Shown one piece after another: positions 18,726 to 28,135 of a stretch of 64,000 nt of DNA. The notes under the pieces are model-generated. The model saw only the letters and a program-made list of their open reading frames with translations, was not told the origin of the DNA and ran no database searches. How positions within the stretch are numbered: position 1 is the first letter of the stretch; every line of letters starts with the position of its first letter. Origin of the DNA: Treponemataceae bacterium (GTDB lineage Bacteria > Spirochaetota > Spirochaetia > Treponematales > Rectinemataceae); the NCBI GenBank assembly GCA_963677895.2, contig CAXXGJ010000006.1, forward strand, positions 256,001 through 320,000, in the 5' to 3' direction. The translations under genes and the position numbers were made by a program.

Positions 18726-19460
18726 ATGAAAAATTTTAAATATCATGGCGCAGTGTTTGGGGCGACTGTCCTTGCGATTACCCTCGCCCTCGCGTTGAGC
18801 GGCTGCGCGAGCACCGACGTGGTCGGGAAAGTGGCGAAGACTTCGTTCAAGGCTGTCCTGGACGCTTCGAAAGACAATGTCTCGTTCTCGAGCGAAGACG
18901 AGTCCTGGGTGCTCAAGTCCTCCGCGGGCGATGAAGTCTTGTTCTCCTCAAACTTCGCCCGCAACGCGGCGAGCGCGGGCGGCATGGCCGACATGGACAA
19001 GCCCGACGTGGAATTCACCTTCGACGCGGCTCCCTTCCTCGCCGCGGGTCTCGACCTCGCCAAGCTTCCGATGATCGACGGAATAAAATACGAAATCGAA
19101 GATGGCCGCTTCATGCTCCATTTCGAGCTCGGGAACGACGCTTTCTCGGCCGACGCGGCAAAATCCTTCGAAGCCACATTCTCTGAGGTCGTTCGCACCC
19201 AACGCTCGAGGATCGGCTATCACGAAAAGCTCGATCACTATGGAATCGGTCTCGGCGACGGCAACATGTTCGAATGGGCCAAGGACATGTCCAAGAACGA
19301 CAAGGATATCGTCTGGGTTCTCAATCCCGCGCCTTTCATCGCCGCCGGCGTCAATCCCGCCACAATCGAGGGCTGGATCTTCGCGAAAGTCGAGACCAAG
19401 GATGACAAGGGCAAAGCGGTTTTTACGGACAAGCTGCTCAAGCCATTCAATCTGGAATAA
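18726..19460 (+). CDS. Lipoprotein of unknown function
   Basis: Lipobox LSGC; AAGGAG RBS; internal repeat AAPFLAAGLD / PAPFIAAGVN. Confidence 0.75.
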   Translation: MKNFKYHGAVFGATVLAITLALALSGCASTDVVGKVAKTSFKAVLDASKDNVSFSSEDESWVLKSSAGDEVLFSSNFARNAASAGGMADMDKPDVEFTFDAAPFLAAGLDLAKLPMIDGIKYEIEDGRFMLHFELGNDAFSADAAKSFEATFSEVVRTQRSRIGYHEKLDHYGIGLGDGNMFEWAKDMSKNDKDIVWVLNPAPFIAAGVNPATIEGWIFAKVETKDDKGKAVFTDKLLKPFNLE

Positions 19461-19487
19461 ACCTCGCACCCGCGGGTTGTCCATCGG

Positions 19488-19522
19488 AGCGCGGCTTCTC
19501 TTCGGAGGAAGCCGCGCTTTTC
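19488..19522 (+). terminator. Intrinsic terminator
   Basis: AGCGCGGCTTC...GAAGCCGCGCT followed by a T run. Confidence 0.75.
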
Positions 19523-19588
19523 TTATTTTCTGGATAGGCGCAAGATTTATGGCTATACTAGCCTTAGTGACAGCGAGGGAGGCCAAGC

Positions 19589-20293
19589 GTGCCGGTCAAA
19601 ATTCTTGTCGCCGACGATGAAGAGAAAATAGCCGCGATGGTGGGGAGCTATCTCGAAGCTAACGGCTTTCAGCCGCTCATCGCGCATGATGGGACGCGCG
19701 CGCTTGCCCTCTTCAGGGAACAAGCTCCCGCCTGCCTCATCCTCGACATCAATATGCCCGGCTTGAACGGGCTCGATGTGGCCCGCGAAGCGAGGAAGAC
19801 CTCGTCGGTGCCGATCATCTTCCTGACGGCAAGGGCCGAAGAAACCGATAAAATAATAGGCCTTGAGCTCGGCGCCGACGACTATATTTCCAAGCCCTTC
19901 AGCCCTCGGGAACTCGTCGCGCGGATCCGCGCGGTACTGCGTCGCACAACGTCGCCTCCCTTGGCGGACGAGCGCGAAGGGCCAATCCGCCGCGGCGGGA
20001 TCGAGATCGATTTCCGGAAAAGATCGGTGAAAGTCGCGGGGCAGCTTAAAAACCTGACGACCGTACAGCTCGATATTCTCGGCCTCCTCATGCGCGAACC
20101 GGAAAGGGTGTTCAGCCGTCTGGAAATCCTGGAGCGCTGCATGGGCACCAGCTACGACGGCTACGAAAGGACGATAGACGCCCATATCAAGAATATCCGC
20201 AAGGCCTTGGGCGACGACAGCGAAAACCCGAGGTTCATAAGCACGGTGCGGGGAGCCGGCTATAAATTCCTGGAGCAGTCCAGTGAAGCTTAG
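19589..20293 (+). CDS. OmpR-family response regulator
   Basis: ILVADDE, ILDINMPGLNG, GADDYISKPFSPREL, RTIDAHIKNIR, TVRGAGYKF. Confidence 0.95.
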   Translation: MPVKILVADDEEKIAAMVGSYLEANGFQPLIAHDGTRALALFREQAPACLILDINMPGLNGLDVAREARKTSSVPIIFLTARAEETDKIIGLELGADDYISKPFSPRELVARIRAVLRRTTSPPLADEREGPIRRGGIEIDFRKRSVKVAGQLKNLTTVQLDILGLLMREPERVFSRLEILERCMGTSYDGYERTIDAHIKNIRKALGDDSENPRFISTVRGAGYKFLEQSSEA

Positions 20294-21725
20294 ATCGCGA
20301 CTGGCGATATATTTTTTCCTGGTCATCGCCGTGGTGGCGGGCACGACGCTTTTTTTCGTTCGGCGATCGACTGAAAGCAATTTCCGCTCCTTCATCTTCG
20401 CCGGGGATTCGGGCAAAGCCAGAGTCTACGCCACGATCCTCGCCGAATACTACAGTGAACACAAAGACTGGATAGACCTTCAGTCCTTCCTTTCGGAGAT
20501 GCCACAGCTCGCTTTTTTCGGGCTCGACCAACGCATCCATGGGGAACGCGGCGGCACGCCTCTATCACCCTATCCTTCCGAGACTATCAGCGCGCTGCTC
20601 TCGGACCGGATCGCGGTGGCCGACATTAACGGAATAATCGTGGCCGATACTTCCGGCGAGCTTCTTCGTACCGTTCATCCCCCGAAACACCTGGCGCACG
20701 GCGTTCCTATCATGGTGAATTCCGAACAGAAGGGGACGGTGTTGGTGGGATCGATGGTGGATTCTTCCCTCACGGGGATGAGCGAGCGTTTTCTCGGCTC
20801 GATCACCGAGGCGCTCATCTGGGCGGTCGCGTTGTCGGCGGGGCTCGCGCTCGTCCTCGGCATGATACTTTCGGCGCAGGTGACGCGGCCCGTCACCATG
20901 CTCACCCGCGCGGCGCGAAGCGTGGCCGCGGGGAACTTGTCGACGGTGGTTGAAACAACCGGGAAAAAAGACGCAAAGGACGAGATATCGGAACTGGCGC
21001 AATCGTTCAACGCGATGACCGAAGAGCTCAACCGCCTCGAGGAGGCGAAAAAACAGATCATCGCCGATTCCGCCCACGAACTCAGGACGCCTTTGACGCT
21101 TATACAGGGCACCATCGAGGCGATGATCGACGGGGTCTATCCCCTCGACATCCCGACGCTGGAATCGGTCCATGAGGAAACCGTGAGACTTTCCCATCTC
21201 GTCGATATGCTGCGGGAACTGGATATCATCCAATCGGGCAGGCTTTCGCTTCATCTGGAATCGATCGACGGCATGGAGCTTTTGCGCAAGACGGCGACGC
21301 TCTTCGCCGCCTCGGCCAAGGGAAAAAACATCAGTCTGACGGTCGAAGAGCCTTCCTCTTCGCCTTCGCCTTCGATAAACGCTGATTATCTCCGTATCGG
21401 GGAAGTCGTCTACAATCTCGTCTCGAACGCCATCAAGTACACGCCGGCGGAAGGAAAGGTCAGGCTGCGCGTTGAAGACGACAGGAAGCTGGGCCTGGTT
21501 CATTTCTATGTCGACGATTCAGGGCCGGGCATCCCGGCCGACGAGAGGGGGCGAATATTCGAACGCTTCTACCGGATCGACAAATCCCGCGCCGCGGATA
21601 GAGGCGGCCGGGGATTGGGGCTCGCCATCGCGAGCGAGATCGCCAAAGCCCACGGAGGAAGCATCGTCGTGGGAGATTCCGACTTGGGCGGCGCCTCGTT
21701 CGTCCTCACGCTCAGGTCGGCATGA
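20283..21725 (+). CDS. HAMP sensor histidine kinase (BaeS-like)
   Basis: Two TM segments, HAMP, AHELRTPL, NLVSNAIKYT, DSGPGI, GRGLGLAI. Confidence 0.95.
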   Translation: MKLRSRLAIYFFLVIAVVAGTTLFFVRRSTESNFRSFIFAGDSGKARVYATILAEYYSEHKDWIDLQSFLSEMPQLAFFGLDQRIHGERGGTPLSPYPSETISALLSDRIAVADINGIIVADTSGELLRTVHPPKHLAHGVPIMVNSEQKGTVLVGSMVDSSLTGMSERFLGSITEALIWAVALSAGLALVLGMILSAQVTRPVTMLTRAARSVAAGNLSTVVETTGKKDAKDEISELAQSFNAMTEELNRLEEAKKQIIADSAHELRTPLTLIQGTIEAMIDGVYPLDIPTLESVHEETVRLSHLVDMLRELDIIQSGRLSLHLESIDGMELLRKTATLFAASAKGKNISLTVEEPSSSPSPSINADYLRIGEVVYNLVSNAIKYTPAEGKVRLRVEDDRKLGLVHFYVDDSGPGIPADERGRIFERFYRIDKSRAADRGGRGLGLAIASEIAKAHGGSIVVGDSDLGGASFVLTLRSA

Positions 21726-21727
21726 TT

Positions 21728-22210
21728 TCAATTCCTTTTCCAGTTGGCGAAGTAGGGCGCGACGCTCGCCAGATACTGCCGGGAAATCCCGATGGAATCC
21801 CCGAGGTCGGTCTTTTCCTTTCCGAGGATGGGGATGGGATTGCATCCGCCCTTAATTTTTTCGATCTGATCCAGACTGAATCGATTCCCGCAGTTCTGGC
21901 AAACGAAGAAGGCACCTTCCTGTTTGTAATAGCCGCGCCCTGATGAATAACATATCTGACATGTGTTGAGCGCCGTCCGGATCGTTCCGTCCGAGGCCTT
22001 GACGGCGAAGATCTCCATATTTTTGCCGTCGACAACGTAGGGGTAGAATTTTGCCCTGACCGTTATGTCCTTCTTTTTTATGACGATCCCCCAGTCGGCT
22101 GATGCCTTGGTTCCGCCCTCCTGCGAAAACGCGAAAGGAAGGGTAAACATTGCGAGAGCAATACTGATCGCTGCCGCGCGGACAATCCTGCCTGAAATCT
22201 TTCTATTCAT
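21728..22210 (-). CDS. DUF2318-type exported Cys-rich (Fe-S) protein
   Basis: ALNTCQIC...GYYKQEG..VCQNCGNRF...GGCNPIP; signal peptide; GGAGG RBS. Confidence 0.85.
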   Translation of the reverse strand: MNRKISGRIVRAAAISIALAMFTLPFAFSQEGGTKASADWGIVIKKKDITVRAKFYPYVVDGKNMEIFAVKASDGTIRTALNTCQICYSSGRGYYKQEGAFFVCQNCGNRFSLDQIEKIKGGCNPIPILGKEKTDLGDSIGISRQYLASVAPYFANWKRN

Positions 22211-22391
22211 GTACGTCCTCCGGGTCGATGCTTTCGGCATTGTATTCTTCCTGTGTGAACAGGGCGTGAATCCCGGATAGTGTTGGCGTGAATTTTCGCT
22301 GCGCTTTCCGTCGCCCGCTCGTCGTTCTTGATCTGTGGGAGTCGATCCATACGTCAGAAACAGGTTTCGCATCGTGAATGAAAAACCGCTA

Positions 22392-22444
22392 TTGACAAAT
22401 TAAATATGCATGCTATTCTGGCCAATATCCCCCAGGGGGGGATT
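22392..22444 (+). promoter_or_regulatory. Sigma70 promoter with CsoR/RcnR-type operator
   Basis: TTGACA (22392), TGcTATTCT extended -10, then the C/G-tract pseudo-palindrome ATCCCCCAGGGGGGGAT. Confidence 0.7.
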
Positions 22445-22456
22445 AAGGAGATAAGC

Positions 22457-22642
22457 ATGCACGAAGGAAAACATGGGATTTTAGACGGCGTGGACGATAT
22501 CGACGATGTCTTTGGAACCAAAGACGAGCATGAAAACGATTTGGAACATAATGCCGACCACAGCCATGATCACGATCATGACAAGAAAGGAAAGAAGGAA
22601 GAACAGAAACCACACACACACGGTAAAGGCTGTAACTGCTGA
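22457..22642 (+). CDS. Small His/Asp/Cys-rich putative metal-binding protein (61 aa)
   Basis: AAGGAG RBS; MHEGKHG...HNADHSHDHDHDKK...PHTHGKGCNC. Confidence 0.75.
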   Translation: MHEGKHGILDGVDDIDDVFGTKDEHENDLEHNADHSHDHDHDKKGKKEEQKPHTHGKGCNC

Positions 22643-22657
22643 AAGGAGATAAGGTCG

Positions 22658-24583
22658 ATGGAAAGCGCCAAGGTTTCTGCTGTCAAGGATGGAGCGTCGG
22701 GGAAAAATCCGATGCTGAAGTATAAGTTATTCATATTCCCTGGAGCGATCGCCGTATTATTGATCCTCGCGGCGCTATTTGAGTACGTCTGGAAAGACGC
22801 GCTTCCCTTCAGCTTCGCGTTGATACCATTGGTTATTGCCGGTGGGTTTGTCGTGAAGTCGACGGTAGAAGCGATCTTCACGCTCAAGAAAGTGACAGCG
22901 GGTACTTTGGTCGTGTTGGCCTTGATCGGGACCACCTACGTGGGGGAGTATTTAGCCGGAGCCGTAGTCTCTTTCATGATGATCTTCGGTGAATTTCTCG
23001 AAGAACTCACGATGGAAAAGACGAAAAACGCGGTCCGGGAACTGATTCGGCTCGTACCCCTTACGTGCAGGAAAAAAATCGACGGCGAGTACGTGCTCGT
23101 CTCGATCAAGCAGATTCGTGTCGGCGATTATGTGCAGGTTATCCCCGGGGATAGGATACCTATCGATGGCGTGATTGTCGCGGGCCATGCGGCGGTGAAC
23201 GAATCCTCCATTACCGGTGAGTCGATGCCGGTGGACAAGGCTCCGGGCGACAAAGTCTTCGTTGGATCGCTGAATGAAAACGGCGTGATGGAAATTCTCA
23301 CGGAGAAGATTGGGTCGGACACGGTTCTTGGGCGGATCATCAAAACGGTGCATCAGGCGCAGAACAATAAGGGCAAAGCGCAAAAGACCGCCGACCAGTT
23401 CGCGAAATATTTTCTCCCGATAATTATTACGGTGTGCGTCATCGTGTATTTCCTGACCTTCGATCTCATGAGGGTCATGACTATTCTTGTGATCGCTTGT
23501 CCCTGCGCCCTCGTGTTGGCGACGCCCACAGCCGTCGTCGCCGCTGTCGGGAACGCGGCCAAGAAAGGCGTGTTGATCAAGGGCGGCATCGCGCTTGAAA
23601 CCTGCGCCAAAGTGACTACGGTCTGTTTCGACAAGACGGGAACCATCACGTTAGGCGAACCTAATGTAGTGGCATTCGAAGGCTTTAATGGACATTCGCG
23701 CGAAGAGTTGAACGATATCGTCGCCATCGTGGAAAAGAACTCGCAGCATCCTATAGGGAAGGCATTGATGCGGTTCTTGGCCGAACAGGGCGTCGATACA
23801 AAAAAAATACCCGACGGGGCTTTCGAGATGCTTTTTGGACGGGGCATCCGCGTCGTTGTGGGTGAAGATATCTATGAAGTCTCAAACCAGCGATCATTGG
23901 ATGGAAAAGAAAATGTGCCGCGTGAAATTCTGGAGTTCTTCACCGGTCAGGAGTCGCTGGGGCGAACGGCTCTTGTCGCGCTCAAGAACGCGGTGCCTGT
24001 GGGCGGCATTGCCGTCGCCGACAAGATCAGGGCTTCGGTGCGGCAGACGGTCCGCGAGCTCATGGATATCGGAGTGAAGCGGGTTGTGGTTCTCACGGGA
24101 GACAATCCAATAACGGCGAAGGCAATCTGCGATGAAGCGGGGATTCCGGAATTCGAAGCGTCGCTTTTGCCCGAAGACAAGCTGGCTCGAATCGAAACGA
24201 TGAAACAGCATGGGGAAGTCGTGGCCATGGTCGGCGATGGCGTCAACGATGCTCCCGCGCTGGTGCTTTCCGATGTCGGGATCGCGATGGGCGCCGCCGG
24301 CACCGATGTGGCGATGGAAGCGTCAAGCATCGCGTTAATGTCCGACAAGATTGAAATGCTGCCCGCGACCTTCGCCCTAAGCCGGCGAACATACAAGATC
24401 ATACAGCAAAACATTTGGGTTTTCGCGGTATTCGTCAACATCGTTGGCGTCATTGTTTCCGGTTTGGGTTGGCTTAATCCAATAATGGCTTCGGTCGTAC
24501 ACAATGCGTCGTCCGTGTTCGTCGTATTGAATTCGTCGCGACTGCTCGGTTTTAAGTACGAGGCCGGCTCTGCGAAAAAGTGA
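22658..24583 (+). CDS. P1B-type heavy-metal-translocating ATPase lacking an N-terminal HMA domain
   Basis: TGES, CPC, DKTGT, HP, GDGVNDAP. Confidence 0.95.
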   Translation: MESAKVSAVKDGASGKNPMLKYKLFIFPGAIAVLLILAALFEYVWKDALPFSFALIPLVIAGGFVVKSTVEAIFTLKKVTAGTLVVLALIGTTYVGEYLAGAVVSFMMIFGEFLEELTMEKTKNAVRELIRLVPLTCRKKIDGEYVLVSIKQIRVGDYVQVIPGDRIPIDGVIVAGHAAVNESSITGESMPVDKAPGDKVFVGSLNENGVMEILTEKIGSDTVLGRIIKTVHQAQNNKGKAQKTADQFAKYFLPIIITVCVIVYFLTFDLMRVMTILVIACPCALVLATPTAVVAAVGNAAKKGVLIKGGIALETCAKVTTVCFDKTGTITLGEPNVVAFEGFNGHSREELNDIVAIVEKNSQHPIGKALMRFLAEQGVDTKKIPDGAFEMLFGRGIRVVVGEDIYEVSNQRSLDGKENVPREILEFFTGQESLGRTALVALKNAVPVGGIAVADKIRASVRQTVRELMDIGVKRVVVLTGDNPITAKAICDEAGIPEFEASLLPEDKLARIETMKQHGEVVAMVGDGVNDAPALVLSDVGIAMGAAGTDVAMEASSIALMSDKIEMLPATFALSRRTYKIIQQNIWVFAVFVNIVGVIVSGLGWLNPIMASVVHNASSVFVVLNSSRLLGFKYEAGSAKK

Positions 24584-24611
24584 GTCGATAGAACAAATCC
24601 TCCAAGCTCTT

Positions 24612-25703
24612 GTGAGGATACGATCGGATGTCGGTTCCGATATGGAGCCTGTGATGGAGCGTGCCGCGGGCATCCTCATGGATATGGGATTAACCGTCGC
24701 GCGTTATGCGTTTTCGCCAGATTCTCCATGCATCGTGGCAAGGTATTCAGCGCATTCCGGAAAGTCATCGGGGATCGGATCGATCGTTCTTTATTGTCAT
24801 CTCGATACAGCGACATATGAAACGGGGAAATGGAGAGTGGATCCCCTTTCGGCGACGGAAACAAAGGGAAGGATTTACGGCCGGGGAACGATCGATTGCA
24901 AAGGTTTGGCGGCTGTGTGGTTGTCGCTTCTTCGGAAGATCTCCGCCCGCGAGGAGAATTTGCCCTTCGATCTTGTGTTTGTCGCCGTAAGCGATGAAGA
25001 GAAGACCGAAAGCGAAGCCATGGAAAAGCTTCTGGAGACAACAACGGAATTCGAAGGGACAATCCTGGTTTTAGGAGAAGGTGGAGGAATTCCGCTGCGC
25101 TCCGGGAGCTTAACATACTATACGCTCCAGACCGGTGAAATGGAACGCTGGACATTCAAAACAGCCCCAACCATCAAACCGCGGCGATTCAGGCTGGGAG
25201 CTTTGCTTGAGGGATTCTGGCGCAGGGCCTACACAAGAGAAACCCTGGGATTCGTGGTACGCGGCATTCTTGGATTCCGCGATCCCGACCGATCTCTGGA
25301 ATCGAATCCTTTGGAGCAGGAAGGGGCCGAAGGACTTATCTGGTATCGGACAGCTTTTGGAAAATGTCCTCTGCCTTTCAGCTCCAGTAACAATGTGGTT
25401 ACGAATATCGTCGCGACAGGGGTACCGAGAGCGTCGAACATTGGCATAAGGACCGCAAGGAGAGTATTGCGGCGGATCGACAGGAAGTTTCGAGTGTTGC
25501 CCCTGGTTACGCGAGGATACAGCGACAATAGATGCTTTAGGATACGCGGGATACCAACCTTAGGCTTTTTCCCATTATTGACGGGAAACTCCCTGGCCGG
25601 ATGTCACCGCGAAAATGAGTATATATCGATAAAGAGTCTGCATTTTGCGGAAGAAGTGCTGGAGTCGATGCTGATGGAATTTAAGGAGGCGATCGGTGGG
25701 TAA
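24612..25703 (+). CDS. M20-family metallo-hydrolase (divergent; start uncertain)
   Basis: HLDT, YGRGTIDCKG, DEE, GEGG, GYSD, H..NEYI. Confidence 0.75.
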   Translation: MRIRSDVGSDMEPVMERAAGILMDMGLTVARYAFSPDSPCIVARYSAHSGKSSGIGSIVLYCHLDTATYETGKWRVDPLSATETKGRIYGRGTIDCKGLAAVWLSLLRKISAREENLPFDLVFVAVSDEEKTESEAMEKLLETTTEFEGTILVLGEGGGIPLRSGSLTYYTLQTGEMERWTFKTAPTIKPRRFRLGALLEGFWRRAYTRETLGFVVRGILGFRDPDRSLESNPLEQEGAEGLIWYRTAFGKCPLPFSSSNNVVTNIVATGVPRASNIGIRTARRVLRRIDRKFRVLPLVTRGYSDNRCFRIRGIPTLGFFPLLTGNSLAGCHRENEYISIKSLHFAEEVLESMLMEFKEAIGG

Positions 25704-26439
25704 GAGAATCCTATTGCTTGGCGTGTACGGTATGGAAATGGTGGAATGCGGTGGAGCCTTGGCGGTGAACGCGCGTTCCGGCGGAGAATCGTTCGCCTCT
25801 ATCATGCTTGCCGGAAATCAGATGAAGGCAAATTGCCTGAAGGCCGCGGATATCCTGGGCGTAAAAAAAGTATACTTCAACGGCTTTGAAAGGGGAGAGG
25901 TGGATCTTCGCCACGATTACAAGGTCGAACTGATAAAAGTCATTCGGGAGACAAAACCTGACATCGTGATCACCCAAGATCCCGAGCATGTGCTGCAGGA
26001 TCTCGATCCGGACAGGCGGCCCGCGATGACGCTTATCCTGGAGTCGCTTGCCTTAGCCTCGAGGGATTATGTGATGGATGCCACCCCCGGCCTCGAACCG
26101 CATCCGATACCCAAGATCTATTACATGAGTCCGGTAAATCCGAACTGCACGATCAACGTCGCCGATGTCTGGGATCTCAAGGAAAAAGGGATGGATGTGC
26201 TGGTGTCCCAGATGGAATTCAGCGGTAAACATTTCGAGACGAACTTGAGCGCGAAGGAGCTGGATATTCTCGCTCCTGGTTTTGCGGGCCTGAAAACGTA
26301 CTACGAAAAGGGCAGAACGGTGCACTCGGCGATAGATAAAGCCATCCACATGTTCTACGGCGTAGGTGGCCACGGGAGTTTCGCTCTCGCGGAACCATAC
26401 CGTTTCGAAGGGAAGTTCGAGTTCACGGAACTGTATTGA
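25696..26439 (+). CDS. PIG-L/LmbE-like protein with altered metal-binding motifs
   Basis: CGGALA, AADILGV, IRETKPDIVIT, SQ, AEPY. Canonical HPDD and HPDH replaced by YGME and DPDR. Confidence 0.7.
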   Translation: MGKRILLLGVYGMEMVECGGALAVNARSGGESFASIMLAGNQMKANCLKAADILGVKKVYFNGFERGEVDLRHDYKVELIKVIRETKPDIVITQDPEHVLQDLDPDRRPAMTLILESLALASRDYVMDATPGLEPHPIPKIYYMSPVNPNCTINVADVWDLKEKGMDVLVSQMEFSGKHFETNLSAKELDILAPGFAGLKTYYEKGRTVHSAIDKAIHMFYGVGGHGSFALAEPYRFEGKFEFTELY

Positions 26440-26470
26440 GCTTTTTATTGAGACCTATAGGAGGTATGAC

Positions 26471-28057
26471 ATGAAAAGACAACTCAGGAGCGCGTTGATC
26501 GTGGCGGCGATAATTACCGTTGTTCTTCAGGCGACCGGAGCTGCCGGCATGCTGAAGATCGGACTTTCCTCGGAGGAAGGAACTCTGAATCCTTACACTT
26601 ATAAAACGGAAACAGGCATAGATCTGGTACGTCTGGTGAGCGATCCACTGTTCCAGATTGATAAGGATCTCATAGCAAAGCCCTGGCTCGTTGAATCCTA
26701 CAGCCTCAGCGCGGACAAGCTTCTTTTGACGATGAAGTTGCACGATAACGTGAAATGGCACGACGGTAAGCCGCTCACCTCAGCGGACGTAAAATTCACC
26801 TACGAGTACATCCAGAAATATCCGAAATCGCGCTTTACCAATCCGGCTAAGAATATCATCGCGATTGAGGCTCCGGATTCGCTCACCGTAACCATGAAAT
26901 TCAAGAAATACTTGCCGGACATGTTCTATCGGCCGCTCGCGGACATGCCGATACTGCCCAAACATATCTGGGAAAAGATTGACAATCCGGACGCGTCGAC
27001 GGTGATGGTCGGTTCGGGCGCTTTCATCCTCACCGATGTGAAACCAGGCGAAATGTACCGCATGAAGGCCAATAAGGCTTTCTTCATGGGAGCGCCGGAT
27101 GTAGATGAAATTGTCATCCCTCTCATAAAGGATACGACCGCCCTCTTCACCGCGTTGAAAGCCGGATCCCTGGACATCACCACAAGAAATCTCGCGCCTG
27201 AATTGATCAAGGATTTCGCCGCGGACAAGAATCTGAAAATACTGAAGGGATCGGGATTCTCGACGACGATGATCTATTTCAACAACGAACGTCCTCCCTT
27301 CGACAAGAAGGAGTTTCGGCAGGCATTGGCCTACGCGATCAATCGCAAGGAAATCCTCGATGTCGTCATCTTGGGCGTCGGAACCGTCGGAAGCATGGGA
27401 TTCGTGCATCCCGATCTGATGAATTATAATCCTTCGATCAATCAATATGCCTATGATCTGGAAAAATCGAAAAAGCTCCTCGACTCCATCGGCTTTATCG
27501 ACAAAAACGGAGACGGACTCCGCGAATCGGATCAGGGTAAACCGCTTGATTTTAAAATCCTTGTCTATGCGAACAATGCCTTGCGAATCAGGGCGGCCGA
27601 ACTCATGAAAGAGTCTTTCGCGAAAATCGGAGTGAAGGTTACCATTTCCGCCCTCGATATGGCGGTCGTGGATGACCTCGCGTGGCCGGATTTCGACGCC
27701 AAGAACGGCCGCAACTACGATATGACGATGTGGGGCTGGGGAGCGTCCAGCATGAACGCTATCAACCGCTATGTCGAGATGTTGAATTCCGATTTCGCCA
27801 AGGGGCCATCGAACCATGGAGCCTTCAAGAGCGCGGCGGCGGACGCGGTATTGAACGAGATGGCGACCGAGGTCGATTTCGCGAAGCGAGACCTGCTCGT
27901 GAAAAAAATGCAAACGATAGTCGCGGAGGAAGTACCTTTCGTGACGCTTTACTACGCCGACCAGGATTTCGCCTACAATTTTAGGGCAAAAGACACATGG
28001 GTATTCCAGAAGGGCAAGGGACCGGTCACGGTTCTTTCCTTCGTGAAAGGATTCTAA
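26471..28057 (+). CDS. Peptide/nickel ABC transporter substrate-binding protein
   Basis: Signal peptide; VKWHDGKPLTSADVKFT family-5 signature; RQALAYAINR. Confidence 0.93.
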   Translation: MKRQLRSALIVAAIITVVLQATGAAGMLKIGLSSEEGTLNPYTYKTETGIDLVRLVSDPLFQIDKDLIAKPWLVESYSLSADKLLLTMKLHDNVKWHDGKPLTSADVKFTYEYIQKYPKSRFTNPAKNIIAIEAPDSLTVTMKFKKYLPDMFYRPLADMPILPKHIWEKIDNPDASTVMVGSGAFILTDVKPGEMYRMKANKAFFMGAPDVDEIVIPLIKDTTALFTALKAGSLDITTRNLAPELIKDFAADKNLKILKGSGFSTTMIYFNNERPPFDKKEFRQALAYAINRKEILDVVILGVGTVGSMGFVHPDLMNYNPSINQYAYDLEKSKKLLDSIGFIDKNGDGLRESDQGKPLDFKILVYANNALRIRAAELMKESFAKIGVKVTISALDMAVVDDLAWPDFDAKNGRNYDMTMWGWGASSMNAINRYVEMLNSDFAKGPSNHGAFKSAAADAVLNEMATEVDFAKRDLLVKKMQTIVAEEVPFVTLYYADQDFAYNFRAKDTWVFQKGKGPVTVLSFVKGF

Positions 28058-28135
28058 TGTATTCGCAGAGAGGGGAGGACTCTTAGTCTCCTCCTCTCTA
28101 TCGCTGATAGACGATGGCAAGGGGAGCGATAGCGG

